Assembly: GCA_951406725.2 (NCBI GenBank)
Contig: OX597837.1
Location: 42,036,001-42,100,000 of the forward strand
Direction of reading: 5' to 3'
DNA: 64,000 nucleotides
From: Octopus vulgaris
Taxonomy: Eukaryota
Each line of letters opens with the position of its first letter. The stretch's first letter is position 1. The notes under the pieces were generated by a model. That model saw only the letters and a program-made list of their open reading frames with translations, made no database searches and was not told where the DNA came from. This document shows, in pieces, positions 12,456-24,743 of this stretch. The position numbers and the translations under genes were made by a program.

Positions 12456-12719
12456 AGGAGTGGCTGTGTGGTACGTAGCTTGCTTACCAACCACATGGTT
12501 CCGGTTTCAGTCCCACCACGTGGCATCTTGGCCAAGTGTCTTCTGCTATAGCCTCAGGCTGACCAATGCCTTGTGAGTGGATTTGGTAGACAGAAACTGA
12601 AAGAAGCTTGTCATATATATGTATATATGTTTGTGTGTCTGTGTTTGTCCCCCCACCATCGCTTGACAACCGATACTGGTGTGTTTACATCCCCGTCACT
12701 TAGCGGTTCGGCAAAAAGA
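12456..12719 (+). mobile_element. SINE family B, 3'-truncated
   Basis: aggagtggctgtgtggtacgtag head to cttagcggttcggcaaaaag; abuts a family A copy. Confidence 0.85.
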
Positions 12720-13010
12720 ACTGCTAGAGCAGTGGAATCGCAGTCAAGGGATCGCGGGTTCGAATCTCAGACCGGGCGATGTGTGTGTTTATGAGCGAAA
12801 CACCTAAGCTCTACGCAGCTCCGGTAGAAGGTAATGGCGAGACTTCTTCTGACTCTTTCGCCACAACTTTCTCTCATTCTTTCCTCCTACATCTTGTAGC
12901 TCACCTGCGATGGACCGGTGTCCCATCCAGGTGGGGAACCTATACGCCAAGAAACCGGGAAACCGGCCCTTATGAGCCAGGCATGGCTCGAGAAGGAACA
13001 AACAAACAAA
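12720..13010 (+). mobile_element. SINE family A (tail type 3), 5' end missing
   Basis: gggttcgaatctcagaccgggcg B-box; core ctctttcgccacaactttctctc; tail ggctcgagaaggaacaaac. Confidence 0.85.
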
Positions 13011-14199
13011 ACTGAAGACAACACATGAGAATGAAATGCATCTTAATAGCTTCACTAGCATAAAACTGGGGGGGGGGGGAATAAAACACACTTCAACACT
13101 TTTCACCAGCAAAACAATAAAAAATAAGAGAGAAAAGGTAACAACCTACCTCATGTAGATAAACTCACACAGTAAAACATATTCCATGTGATTTTATTGA
13201 AATAGAAGCAGAGAGAGAAGAGGGAGAGGCAGGAGAAGCCAGAGTAAGTAGACTGAGTGGGGTTGGCCATAACAATGTAAAAAATAAACAAATTCACCTA
13301 ATAATTGCTTTGGAGTTTTTCTACGCATATTAAATGCTGCCCTCACACCTCAGCCCAGCCCGCAGCTGACACTGTTTGTTGACTCAAGCGTGACAGATAT
13401 TCATATGGTTTTTCTTAATAAACAAATAATTCAACAGGTGTGAGTGTACAGCAGGAGATAAATTCAGACCGCAAATACAATTTGTTATCATAAAATTCCT
13501 AATTCTATTAGTAAGGACTTCACACAGAGAAATTATATATCACTCACTGTATTTCGTTTATCTGCTTAATATGATCATACACATCGTTAAGGAGAGAACA
13601 TAAAGTTAGATTTCGGAGCATAAATTAAGATGGGATTTTGAAGTTTTAATTTAGATTACTTTCAAATAAACAGTTTGTATCATAGTTCCAAAGATGGTCT
13701 CAGACAGTTTGGTATCAAAATATTTAATAGGAGGTGTGCAACAATCAGTAGCAAGTTTTGTTGTTTAACCACAGGTTAGCCTTGATCAGACGTAGGTCAA
13801 GAGTTTGCTAAGTTAGATTCTTCAAACCTTTCAGCAACTGACAACCTTTCTTAACTTGCAAGAAATAGGTAACAAATGTCCAAGAAATCATACTCTAATA
13901 TCTTAAAATGAAAGAGAGACGTGTTAGATCATAGACATTGTGTGGGTATGTGAGTTGATTCAAGGTTGTTTCCAATGATAGCCTTAAGAGTAGCAGTGAC
14001 TAGAAATTGAAAGCTTGTTAGTGAGAAGCAAAATACTGCTAAAGTTGAGTTAGATACAAGGTTGGTAGTGAAGAAATGAGTGATGGTTTATGCTGTCAGC
14101 ATCAATTAGTTGATAGGAAAGTTCAGCTGATAGAAGAATTTGATAAGCTCAATTGCTGTGAGGAATGAAGTATCTGACACATAGGACACTTGTCCTCCA

Positions 14200-14578
14200 T
14201 GAGAGAGGGGGGGAGAGAGATGGAGAGAGATAGAGAGAAGTGAGAGAGAGGAATGGAAAGCAAACGAGAAAGAGAGAAGTGAGAGAGAGAAATGGGGAGC
14301 AAACAAGAAAGTGAATGAAAGACAGGGAAGAGAGACAAGTGAGAAACTGACATAAAGAAAGACTCAGAAGGGAGAGGGAAATAGAGAGAGAGATAGAGGA
14401 AGAGAGAGAGAGAGAGAGAGCAAGAGAAAGAGAGCAAGAGAAAGAGAGAGAAATGGGGAGCAAATGAGAAAGAGAATGAGAGACAGTGAAGAGAGACAAG
14501 TGAAAAAAAGAGACTGGCATAAAGAAAGATCCAGCAAAAGAGAGAGAGAAAGAGAGAGAGAGAAACAGACAGAGAAAA
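14200..14578. repeat. GA-rich low-complexity tract
   Basis: Polypurine (GA)n mosaic. Confidence 0.9.
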
Positions 14579-14846
14579 TGATGTTGTCATTCTAGTTGGA
14601 AGCAAGCAAAATTAATATTGTGATTTTCTTTGCCCTCAACCAAAGCTGACAACATCACATTCTCTCTGGTTCTGTTTTACTTTCCGATGGAGGTCAAAAG
14701 TTTGCTAAGTTGGATTCTTCAAACCTTTCAGCCACTGACAAACTTTCTCAATTTGCAAGAAATAGGTAGCAAACATCCAAGAAATCTTATTCTAATATCT
14801 TAAAATGAAAGAGGGACATGTTAGATCATAGACATTGTGTGGGTAT

Positions 14847-15222
14847 ACTCTTTACTCTTTTACTTGTTTCAGTCGTTTGACTGCGGCTATGCTGGAGCAC
14901 CGCCTTTAGTCGAGCAACTCGACCCCAGGACTTATTCTTTGTAAGCCCAGTACTTATTCTATCGGTCTCTTTTGCCGAACCGCTAAGTGATGGGGACGTA
15001 AACACACCAGCATCGGTTGTCAAGCAATGCTAGGGGGACAAACACACAAATACACACATATATATACATATATACGATAGGCTTCTTTCAGTTTCCGTCT
15101 ACCAAATCCACTCACAAGGCATTGGTCGGCCCGGGGCTATAGCAGAAGACACTTGCCCAAGATGCCACACAGTGGGACTGAACCCGGAACCATGTGGTTG
15201 ATTAGCAAGCTACTTAACACAC
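14847..15222 (-). mobile_element. SINE family B inserted into the second direct repeat
   Basis: Splits gggtat|gtgagttg, which is contiguous at 13944-13957 in the first copy. Confidence 0.9.
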
Positions 15223-15883
15223 GTGAGTTGATTCAAGGGTTTCTAATGAGATCCTTAATAGTAACAGTGACTAGAAACTGAAAGCTTGTTAGTGAGAATA
15301 TATCTTGAAATGAAAGAGAGACATGTTAGATATTGTAGTTTTCATGAGACTATGGCTGGAAAAAAAGAAAAAAGAAATAGACTGAATGGTTGTTTATAAC
15401 TGGTGTTACACAACAAATATTGTAACTGGAACACAGGTCTCCAGGATCAAGGCTAACCTGAGGTTAAACAACAAAACTTGCTACTGATTCCTGCACACCT
15501 CCTATTAAATATTTTGATACCAAACTGTCTGAGACCCTCTTTGGAACTATGATACAAACTACTTATTTTAAAGTAATCTAGATTAAAACTTCAAAATCCC
15601 ATCTTAATTTATGCTCCAAAATCTAACTTAATGATATTATATCTCCTTTCTTTTACTTGTTTCAGTCATTGAACAGTGGCCATGCTGGGGCATCACCTTG
15701 AAGCATTTCCTTGAACAAATTGATCCTAGTGCTTATGTTTTTTTAAAGCCTGGTGTTCTTCCTACAGGTTGTCAAGCAGTGGTGGAACAGAAATACAAAG
15801 ACACACATACATAAATTTAATATCTATCTATCAATCTATCAATGCATATATGTGTGTGCGCACGTGTATGTATACATATATAT

Positions 15884-16085
15884 ATAATAATTATTTGAGG
15901 GAATATTAATTTAAACTCCAAAATCTACCAATTATATACGTCTTTATTATTTTCTTTTTTGCAATTTACTTAATTATTGATATTCTATTGCTATTTTAAT
16001 TTTAATATTTCTATTATATGTAATTTTCTAGATAGTGTAATTTAATTGTTCATTTTGAATTGATAAAAGGTGTTTTTTTAAACAT
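15884..16085. repeat. AT-rich dispersed repeat embedded in (TA)n
   Basis: ataattatttgagggaatatt and gtgtaatttaattgttcattttgaattgataaaaggtg recur inverted at 24309-24361 and 24470-24510. Confidence 0.55.
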
Positions 16086-16091
16086 TTTTAT

Positions 16092-16142
<51 letters not shown>

Positions 16143-16153
16143 TACACACACAC

Positions 16154-16204
<51 letters not shown>

Positions 16205-16288
16205 CATATATACACACACACACACACACATATATATACACACACACACATATATATATACACACACACACACACATATATATATATA

Positions 16289-17320
16289 TCATCATCATCA
16301 TCATCATCGTTTAACGTCCGCTTTCCATGCTAGCATGGGTTGGACGGTTCAACTGGGGTCTGGGAAGCCCGAAGGCTGCACCAGGCCAGTCAGATGTGGC
16401 AGTGTTTCTACAGCTGGATGCCCTTCCTAACGCCAACCACTCCGAGAGTGTAGTGGGTGATTTTATGTGCCATTGACACAGGTGCCAGACGAGGCTGGCA
16501 GACGGCCACGCTCGGATGGTGTTTTTTATGTGCCACCGACACAGGTGCCAGACGAGGCTGGCAGACGGCCACGCTCGGATGGTGTTTTTTATGTGCCACC
16601 GACACAGGTGCCAGACGAGGCTGGCAGACGGCCACGCTCGGATGGTGTTTTTTATGTGCCACCGACACAGGTGCCAGACGAGGCTGGCAGACGGCCACGC
16701 TCGGATGGTGTTTTTTATGTGCCACCGACACAGGTGCCAGACGAGGCTGGCAGACGGCCACGCTCGGATGGTGTTTTCTTATGTGTCACCGACACAGGTG
16801 CTAGACGAGGCTGGCGGATGGCCACGCTCGGATGGTGTTTGTTACGTGCCCTCAGCACGGAGGCCAGTCATTGCGGTACTGGCTACGGTCACGTTCGGAT
16901 GGTTTTCTTATGTGCCACCGGCACTGGTGCCACAAGGATACAAATTCCATTGATGTTCATCTATTTTGATTTGGTTCGATTTGATTTGATACGATTCGAT
17001 TCTCACTTGCCTCAACAGGTCTTCACAAGTGTCACAAGAAGGAAGGTATGCACAGGTGGACTGACTACGTCCCAGGTAGGGGCCACGGATTATGGCTTCA
17101 CTAGTCTTGCCGGGTCTTCTCACGCACAGCATACTTCCATAGGTCTCGGTCTCTAGTCATTTCCATGGTGAGACCTAACGTCCGAAGGTCGTGCTTCACC
17201 ACCTCGTCCCAGGTTTTCCTGGGTCTACCTCTTCCACGGGTTCCCTCAACTGCTAGGGATTGGCACTTTCTCACACACCTCTCTTCATCCATTCTCGCCA
17301 CATGACCATACCAGCGCAAT
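16289..17320 (-). mobile_element. 5'-truncated RTE-clade LINE: RT C-terminus (17101-17319) + 3' UTR with 63-bp VNTR + (GAT)n tail
   Basis: RWYGHVARM...GTRGRGRPRKTW...DRDLW is the RTE-type C-terminal signature; the UTR holds ~6-7 near-identical 63-bp units (16460-16930). Confidence 0.9.
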
Positions 17321-17321
17321 C

Positions 17322-17354
<33 letters not shown>

Positions 17355-17502
17355 ATAGGCTTCTTTCAGATTCTGTTTATGAAATTCACGCACAAGGCTT
17401 TAGTGAGCCCAAGGCTGTAAGTGAAGATAATTGCTGAAGGTGCCAATCAGTGGGGCTGAACCTGGAACCATGTGGTTGGGAAGCAAACTTTTTACCACAC
17501 AG
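17355..17502 (-). mobile_element. SINE family B head fragment, diverged
   Basis: ctgaacctggaaccatgtggttgggaagcaaactttttaccacacag. Confidence 0.7.
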
Positions 17503-17636
17503 TCAAAGATTTTTTTTTTTTTTTAACAAATTCATTATTTTCAAGAATACTTGGCATTTAAACAGAAATGTAGTAAGAACCGGTTTATACACCACTTAAT
17601 AACCATATCATTTAATTATAGGCTTGCTATATAAAT

Positions 17637-17865
17637 ATATTTCTTTACTACCCACAAGGGGCTAAACACAGAGGGGACAAACAAGGACAGACAAACGGAT
17701 TAAGTCGATTACATCGACCCCAGTGCGTAACTGGTACTTAATTTATCGACCCCGAAAGGATGAAAGGCAAAGTCGACCTCGGCGGAATTTGAAACCAGAA
17801 CGTAACGGCAGACGAAATACGGCTACGCATTTCGCCCGGCGTGCTAACGTTTCTGCCAGCTCGCT
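17637..17865 (-). mobile_element. SINE family C, single young copy
   Basis: Minus strand gcgagctggcagaaacgttagc...gggtagtaaagaaata; short TSD-like gctatataaata on both sides. Confidence 0.9.
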
Positions 17866-17907
17866 ATATAAATAAATAGTCAAGTAATAGTCATATTGTC
17901 AATATTA

Positions 17908-18115
17908 TACTCTTTTAGTCGTTTCAGTCATTTGACTGTGGCCATGCTGGAGCACCGCCTTTAGTCGAGCAAATCGACCCCCTGGACTTACTCTTTGTAA
18001 GCCTAGTACTTATTGTATCAGTCTCTTTTGCCGAACTGCTAAGTTACAGGGACGTAAACACACCAGCATCGATTGTCAAGAAATGTTGGGGGGTACAAAC
18101 ACAGACACACAAACA
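17908..18115 (-). mobile_element. SINE family B 3' half
   Basis: gtttcagtcatttgactgtggccatgctggagcaccgcc. Confidence 0.85.
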
Positions 18116-18470
18116 TACTTTGTCATTCACTCTTTTGGAGGTGATAAAATAAGTACTAGTTTACTACTGGGGGGGGGGGGGTCAATGCAATTTGACTTAC
18201 CCCCTCCCTCGAAATTGCTGGCCATGTGCCAAAACTTGAAACTAATATGAGAATGAATTCCTTTCTAAAGACATTGGATTTAGAGGAATAAGGAACGTGA
18301 CTGACATTCGCTCAGTAAAATGAAATGTTTACAACCAAATCATTCAAAATGGGCGTGATACTCAACATTTATAGCTAAATAGTAACAATAGCTGACAGCT
18401 AGCATGTTTTATGAACCAGCTGAGTTTAAAAACAGAGTTAAAAACATAAAAAAGCCAGTGACATTGTAAT

Positions 18471-18770
18471 CTTCTTCATCTAACCGCTCAGTCGAAGTCG
18501 ACTCGTTCACTCGTTGGATCAGTGTCCTCCAGTCAGTTCTATCCTGGGCCGCCTCTTTCAGACTGGCTGTGTCCATTCCGGTGTCACTCTTGATGGTGTC
18601 AAGCCAGCGGGTTCTTGGTCGGCCTCTTCCTCTCTTGCCACTGACCATTCCGAGCGTGATGTCCTTCTCCAGGGATTCTCTCCGCATAATATGACCGAAA
18701 TATGCCAATCTACGCTTGGTGAACCTAGCTTCTAGCGACATTTTCGGCCTTATCTGCTTAAGAACTTCTC
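18471..18770 (-). pseudogene. 5'-truncated RTE (BovB-like) LINE C-terminus
   Basis: LAYFGHIMRRESLEKDITLGMVSGKRGRGRPRTRWLDTIK...AAQDRTDWR; 9-bp TSD cattgtaat at 18462-18470 and 18771-18779. Confidence 0.9.
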
Positions 18771-18904
18771 CATTGTAATACACAAGAAAAAAACAGGAAG
18801 TGATGAACTCATGATTTAAATGAGGAAATTTTAATACAAATTATATCAGGACAGGGTTTGGCAATTAAGGGGCCACAGCAGTATTCTTTGTGAGAATTGA
18901 ACCT

Positions 18905-19120
18905 TTATCTTTTAATTTTAACTTGTTTGTTATTGGACTATGGCCATGCTGGGGTAATGCCTTGGTGGGGTTTAGTTGAGCAAATCACCCCCCAGAACTT
19001 ATTTTTAAATCTGGTACTTATCCTATCAGTCTCTCAGGTTAACCCATAAAGTTACAGGGATGTAAATAAACCAACACTGGTTGTCAATGGTGGTGAGGCA
19101 CAAAGAAAAAAGACATACAC
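18905..19120 (-). mobile_element. Diverged SINE family B 3' half
   Basis: ggccatgctggggtaatgcc...ggtacttatcctatcagtctc. Confidence 0.6.
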
Positions 19121-19382
19121 ACAAAGAAAAATGACATAATGCAGGGAACATTAAACAAAGCTAACTGGAAATAATTAAGCAGTGAATCCCCTCATGAAAA
19201 TAAAAACCCCAAAAAACCCTAATATTTATTATTGACAAATATTACTTTTAGCATATATGGGAGATAACTCAGCCTATGTTTCAGCCTGTGATCTCCTCAG
19301 TGAAGCACACATTTCACTGTGCATGCTGGATTAAGAATGGAAGATCACAAATATATACATTAATCAGCATCGTAAGACGAAA

Positions 19383-19895
19383 TCTATATATATAAAACTG
19401 TAGTTGTGTGAGTGTCTGTCCCCTTCGATTTAGATTCCTAACTCCTCCCACATTTTGCAGTGCAGTTTAACCAAAACCGGGTATCTTATAGTCGTGATTC
19501 ATATCGAGCCCGTCTGAGTATTAGCGCGCGTCTACGATGAGTCTACGATTTTAAAAATAATTTAACATCATTTTTTATTCCATTTTAATGCATAATTTTT
19601 CGTGTGTCGATGGCGGCGGAGTTGGCGTCCATGGTCACACCTGCACCTGTTTGCTTCTCCCCCTTCTTCCCTTCCTCGTGAAGCTGTGGGGAAGGGAGTG
19701 TAAGGAAATCAACGTCGTAAAGCGTTGTCAAGGAGACCAGCGTTCTTTTAGAACAACGACTTCATGGCTTGAAGACACCAAAACAGAAATGGCTAAGAAA
19801 GCCCGAATTGGCATCTATAAGGGAAGTAACTCTCTAAAAATGCTTATATAGTTATTTCCCTTACAAACCCGAGCAACGCCGGGCGATACTGCTAG
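19383..19895 (+). mobile_element. Complete non-autonomous Helitron
   Basis: A|TC 5' end (tctatatatataaaa), 3' hairpin cccgagcaacgccggg, CTAG|T end, inserted between A and T without TSD. Confidence 0.9.
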
Positions 19896-20147
19896 TTGTT
19901 TATAAAAGATGTATACTGCATGGATTGGAAAGCCAATTAATTACTCTGGCTGAATTATGATTAATTAAAAGCAACAAATATATTTAACATTGTTGACACT
20001 GGCTCAATTAATTAAGAAATATATATAAACAGATGGCTTAACTATGTGACATCTGTGCTTCATTAATGTGGGTGGGGGTGGTGGGTGGGGGTGGATGTTT
20101 TTCTCTTCATGTCTTATCTATCCATTGTTCACACATTACAATAGCAA

Positions 20148-20203
<56 letters not shown>

Positions 20204-20206
<3 letters not shown>

Positions 20207-20566
20207 CCTGTTGTCATAGGTGCCCTGGGAATGATAGCAAAAGGGGCTGATAGCTACCTAACTCAGATACCAGGAAACCCAAAAATGGCAGAAATTCAAA
20301 AGATAGTGCTCATGGGAACTGCTCATATCCTACGCAAAATACTTTCTATGTAATCTCAAGGTTTAAAACAAACATAATTTTCGGTTTAAAAAAAAAAAAA
20401 AAAAACTTTTTTTTTTAGACATTCATTAGTACAACACCCCCACCCCCCAAATATATGGCACACTAGGCATAACAACAACGTGAACTTCCAACCCTGTTGT
20501 CTCTTGAGGTCTCTGGGTGAGACTTGGAGCCAACTTGTACAAATATAAAGCAAAAGTCAAACATAG
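20204..20566 (+). pseudogene. 5'-truncated R4/Dong-like LINE end
   Basis: IPVVIGALGMIAKGADSYLTQIPGNPKMAEIQKIVLMGTAHILRKILSM* plus UTR, between (TAA)n tracts. Confidence 0.85.
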
Positions 20567-20679
20567 AATAATAATAATAATATATATATATATATATATA
20601 TACTTTGCACTGTTCCATGTCCTTGCATTGTTGTATTTTTTCTTCATTTTTTGATTAATTATATATATAAATATAAATA

Positions 20680-20900
20680 ATTGCTATTATGTTAAACTGT
20701 TGTATGTCCAATTTGGTCAAATGCGTTTTTTTTTTTTTTCAATATTTAATTTCGTTTGCAATAGCCGGTTCTTTTGGTCAAACTATCGTATCTCCAGCTG
20801 CTTCGGATGAAAATTGTCAAAGTGTAGTAGAACTGTTTAGCATTTGTCAAAAGTGTAGCAAGTCCCACATACGACAGTTTTGCAAAAATATTTCTGACTG
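20680..20900. mobile_element. MITE-like element
   Basis: Inverted repeats aaactgttgtatgt (20694) / acatacgacagttt (20867); partial second copy at ~38780-38872. Confidence 0.5.
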
Positions 20901-20966
20901 AAAACATCAAACATGCATAGAGCTATGATTTTATGCACCCAACAAACTATTATTGTTAAGCTGGAA

Positions 20967-21187
20967 CTCTTTACTCTCTTTTTACTCTTTTACTTGTTTC
21001 AGTTATTTGACTGCGGCCATGCTGGAGCACCGCCTTTAGTCGAGCAAATCGACCCCGGGACTTATTCTTTGTAAGCCCAGTACTTATTCTGTCGGTCTCT
21101 TTTGCCGAACCGCTAAGTGACGGGGACGTAAACACACACCAGCATCGGTTGTCAAGCAATGCTAGGAGAACAAACACAGACACACAA

Positions 21188-21220
<33 letters not shown>

Positions 21221-21391
21221 CATATATACGACAGGCTTCTTTCAGTTTCCGTCTACCAAATCCACTCACAAGGCATTGGTCGGCCCGGGGCTATAGCAGA
21301 AGACACTTGCCCAAGATGCCACGCAGTGGGATTGAACCCAGAACCATGTGGTTGGTTAGCAAGCTACTTACCACACAGCCACTCCTGCGCC
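20967..21391 (-). mobile_element. SINE family B, full length, young
   Basis: Complete head (ccacacagccactcctgcgcc on +) to (gagtaaaa)n-type tail. Confidence 0.92.
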
Positions 21392-21812
21392 TAAACTGTT
21401 GCTAATCTAAAAAGAAATGGAATGGTGAAACCGTTTTTTCGTTTTCTGAAAAAGCAATGTTTTGGACTTACGACACTTTTGCATAATAGCAATGATATAT
21501 ACAAATATACATTCATTAACATTTTCATTTTAACATATCAATATCGATATAAGATTGGACACACACACATATATACAGTCAGTTCTTGTACAAACTTTTG
21601 CTAATGCTAATCAGGTCAAACCACTCCCATGGAGTCTTAAGGACGGATAAGTTGACACAGCAGAAGAAGATAAGGGTGCCAGAGTCAAGTTATATAGAAA
21701 GGGGAGCTGAGATAAGGTGGTGTGTGTGTGTGTGTGTGTGTGTGTGGTGTTCTTTTATATGTGGTTTCTGAGTGGATAAGGGTAAGGGTAAGAAATGTTA
21801 TGATTAGATGTT

Positions 21813-22180
21813 AGGCATGGTTGTGCAGCGAGAAGTCTGCTTCACAATCACATGGTTTTGGGTTCAGTCCCACTGCGCAGCACCTTGGGCAAGTATCTTC
21901 TACTATGGCCTTAGGCTGACCAAAGCCTTGTAAGTGGCTTAATTAGATGGAAACTAAAAAAAAAAACCCATTGTATATGTGTGTGTGTGTGTATTTGTAT
22001 GTGATCACCACCACCACTTGACAACTGGTGTTGGTTTGTTTACATCCCAGTAACTTAGCAGTTCAGCAAAAGAAATCAGTAGAATAAGTACCAGACTTAA
22101 AAATGTAAGTACCCCACCCCGGAGTCAATTTGGCCCAGCATAGCTGCAGTCCAACGACCGCAACAAGTAAACAATAAAAT
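21813..22180 (+). mobile_element. SINE family B, diverged
   Basis: gggttcagtcccactgcgcagcaccttgggcaagtatc...aacaagtaaacaataaaa. Confidence 0.8.
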
Positions 22181-22412
22181 GTGTGTGAGTGCTGGAAAGA
22201 TATGTAGTGTGGTTTGTACATAACCTACTTTACACATTACTTTATGCATATTTGCTGGTGTATATGCATATGCATACATATTCACATGAGGTATTATATA
22301 TCATCATCATCATCATGATTTAATGTCTGGCTTCCATGCTGGCATGGGTTGGATGGCTTGACAGGGGTTGACCAGATAGAAAACTACCCCAGGCTACCGT
22401 GCCTGTAATGAT

Positions 22413-23026
22413 ATGCATAAGATCTGGTCATCAAATCTAAGTAGAGATTTCAAACTTAAAATCTTCAAAGCCACAGTCAAACCAATTCTAGTATAATGTG
22501 GTGCTCCAGAATGAGCACAGTCTAATGACTGAAACAAGTAAAATATAATGTAGTCAAGATATTACAATTATTAAAAAATAAAAATTAAATCTAATACTCC
22601 TCTGTAATTAAAATCTAATACTCCTCTGGCTCAGAAACCTGGACATTATCAAAGAAGCTTGAGAGGCGGTTGGATGGAACTTACACTTGCCTCCTTATGA
22701 GAGCTCAAAATCTCTCGTGGAAGCGTCATCCAACCAAAGTATAAATATATGGGAAATTACCACCTGTATCATCTCTTGTGAAAGGTAGAAGAGTCCAGTT
22801 TGCTGGACATTATTGTAGAGCTGAAAACGAGGTAATTTCTACTCTTCTCCTCTGGAAGCCATCTGCTCGCGATACCAGAGGGCGCACACTCTCCTACCCT
22901 GATGTAATCTCCAGGGATACAGGCATCCAGCAACAGGACCTCTGTAATGCTATGATGGATCGTGAAGTCTGGCGTAACATAGTAGATTCCATTGTCTCGA
23001 CCACGGTCGAACAATAATGATGATGA
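22413..23026 (+). pseudogene. RTE/RTE-X-like LINE RT C-terminus, interrupted
   Basis: MHKIWSSNLSRDFKLKIFKATVKPIL [~135-bp insert] GSETWTLSKKLERRLDGTYT...RRVQFAGHYCR...AMMDREVWR; one in-frame stop; (TGA)n tail. Confidence 0.85.
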
Positions 23027-24267
23027 GGATGTTTTGGCATGTTTTTCATGGCTGGATGCCCTTCCTAACACCAATCACCCTGCAGAGTGGACTGAGTGCC
23101 TTTTACGGGGCACCAGTTATAGACAGCTGTATAAACATTCACATAAATATATACTTATTAGTTTGGTATGTATATTTATATGTTGGTTTAAATGCTGTAT
23201 CACTGTTTGGAAATTTGGGGTGGTGAGGTTGTGTTGAAATATTTTGTGAAAAGTAAATAATTTGGTATTGTCTGAACATTGTTTAGGCTATTTTTCTGGA
23301 TCATTTTGATATTTAATTCGAGGGTTTTCTTACAAAATTAAGTTTTTGTGTGTGTTGGTTGAAATGAAACTTTATACAGCAGCACCACCGTGTAGGTATT
23401 TGATAAACTTTCTGAAAAAAAGATCTGGACAGCCGGCTTACAAATGACTAAACAAAATTGTTTGTTTGAAATCTGATTGAAGTTGTGTATTCAAACATGC
23501 AGAAAAAAACAAACTAAAAAACAAAAAAAATTATTTCATTCTTATTTTTTACAGATATACTAACACATATATGCATATATTCACATACCTATACATGCAT
23601 ACACACACATATTTACATGCATACACACATATATATAAATATAAATGCAAGCACACATAGAAATAAATGTGTACACACACATATACATACAGACAAATGC
23701 ATACATACATATATACAATACAAACACAATGCACACATACATATATACATACACAAAATATATATACACATCGACATACAAAAACACACACACATGCACC
23801 TACATGTAAATACATATACATATATACACACACAGATTTTGAATGATGTTCAGGTCTCCTGCCAAGCACTGTTTCTTGTGACTAATCCAAGATATTCAAA
23901 TGATTTCATTCTTCTACCCTGGTACCTAGTGGCCTCACTGGTTCATATACCCTATCAACAACTGAAAAGCCTTTCAGACATAATTTAACCATCCATCCAC
24001 CCCACATACACATTTTTAAAGAGTATCAGATCCCACGACCTGTAAGGGAAAATAGCAGTTTAGGATAAAGCACATTCTTTTTGAATCAGTGTCTAGGGTC
24101 GCCGCTCTGTCTGCTGAAGCACGTTACAGAAACAAACCAACATTCTACACACCAAAGTATACACAGCTTTGTGTAGAATAAAACATTATTTCTACCACAT
24201 CGAAAATGTATGCACAATCTTTGAATAAATATAAATATTTCTCTGTATCACACCAAGTGTTTGTGTG

Positions 24268-24315
<48 letters not shown>

Positions 24316-24379
24316 GAAAAAAACACCTTTTATCAATTCAAAATGAACAATTAAATTACACCAAGGTGGGTTTTTTCTA

Positions 24380-24423
<44 letters not shown>

Positions 24424-24700
24424 TGTATAAAATTTGATTTAGTATTTCTAAATTGAATTTTTTTCCCTGTAAGTTTGGATTAATATTCCTTCAAATAATA
24501 ATTATTATATATATATATAAGAAAATATGTACTTACATACAAGACCAAAAAGGGTACGAGCGCTGCTATATATATATGTATATGTAAAAAAAAAAAATAC
24601 ACACACATATATATATATACTATGTGGAAATTGACGATTTAAAAGTCTGTTATCAGCATATTGGAATAGAAATAATTTTCTTTAGCCCTTGTTTATAAGT

Positions 24701-24743
<43 letters not shown>

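Larger units (their letters stand above)
13603..15629. repeat. Inverted duplication (~185-bp arms 13603-13787 / 15445-15629) enclosing a ~230-bp direct duplication
   Basis: Arms are reverse complements with few differences; 13794-14027 is repeated at 14691-14846 + 15223-15298. Confidence 0.85.

Noticed and set aside
16408-17156. Repetitive 115-229-aa ORFs
   Set aside because: Artefact of the 63-bp unit (multiple of 3) in a LINE 3' UTR; open in several frames on both strands.
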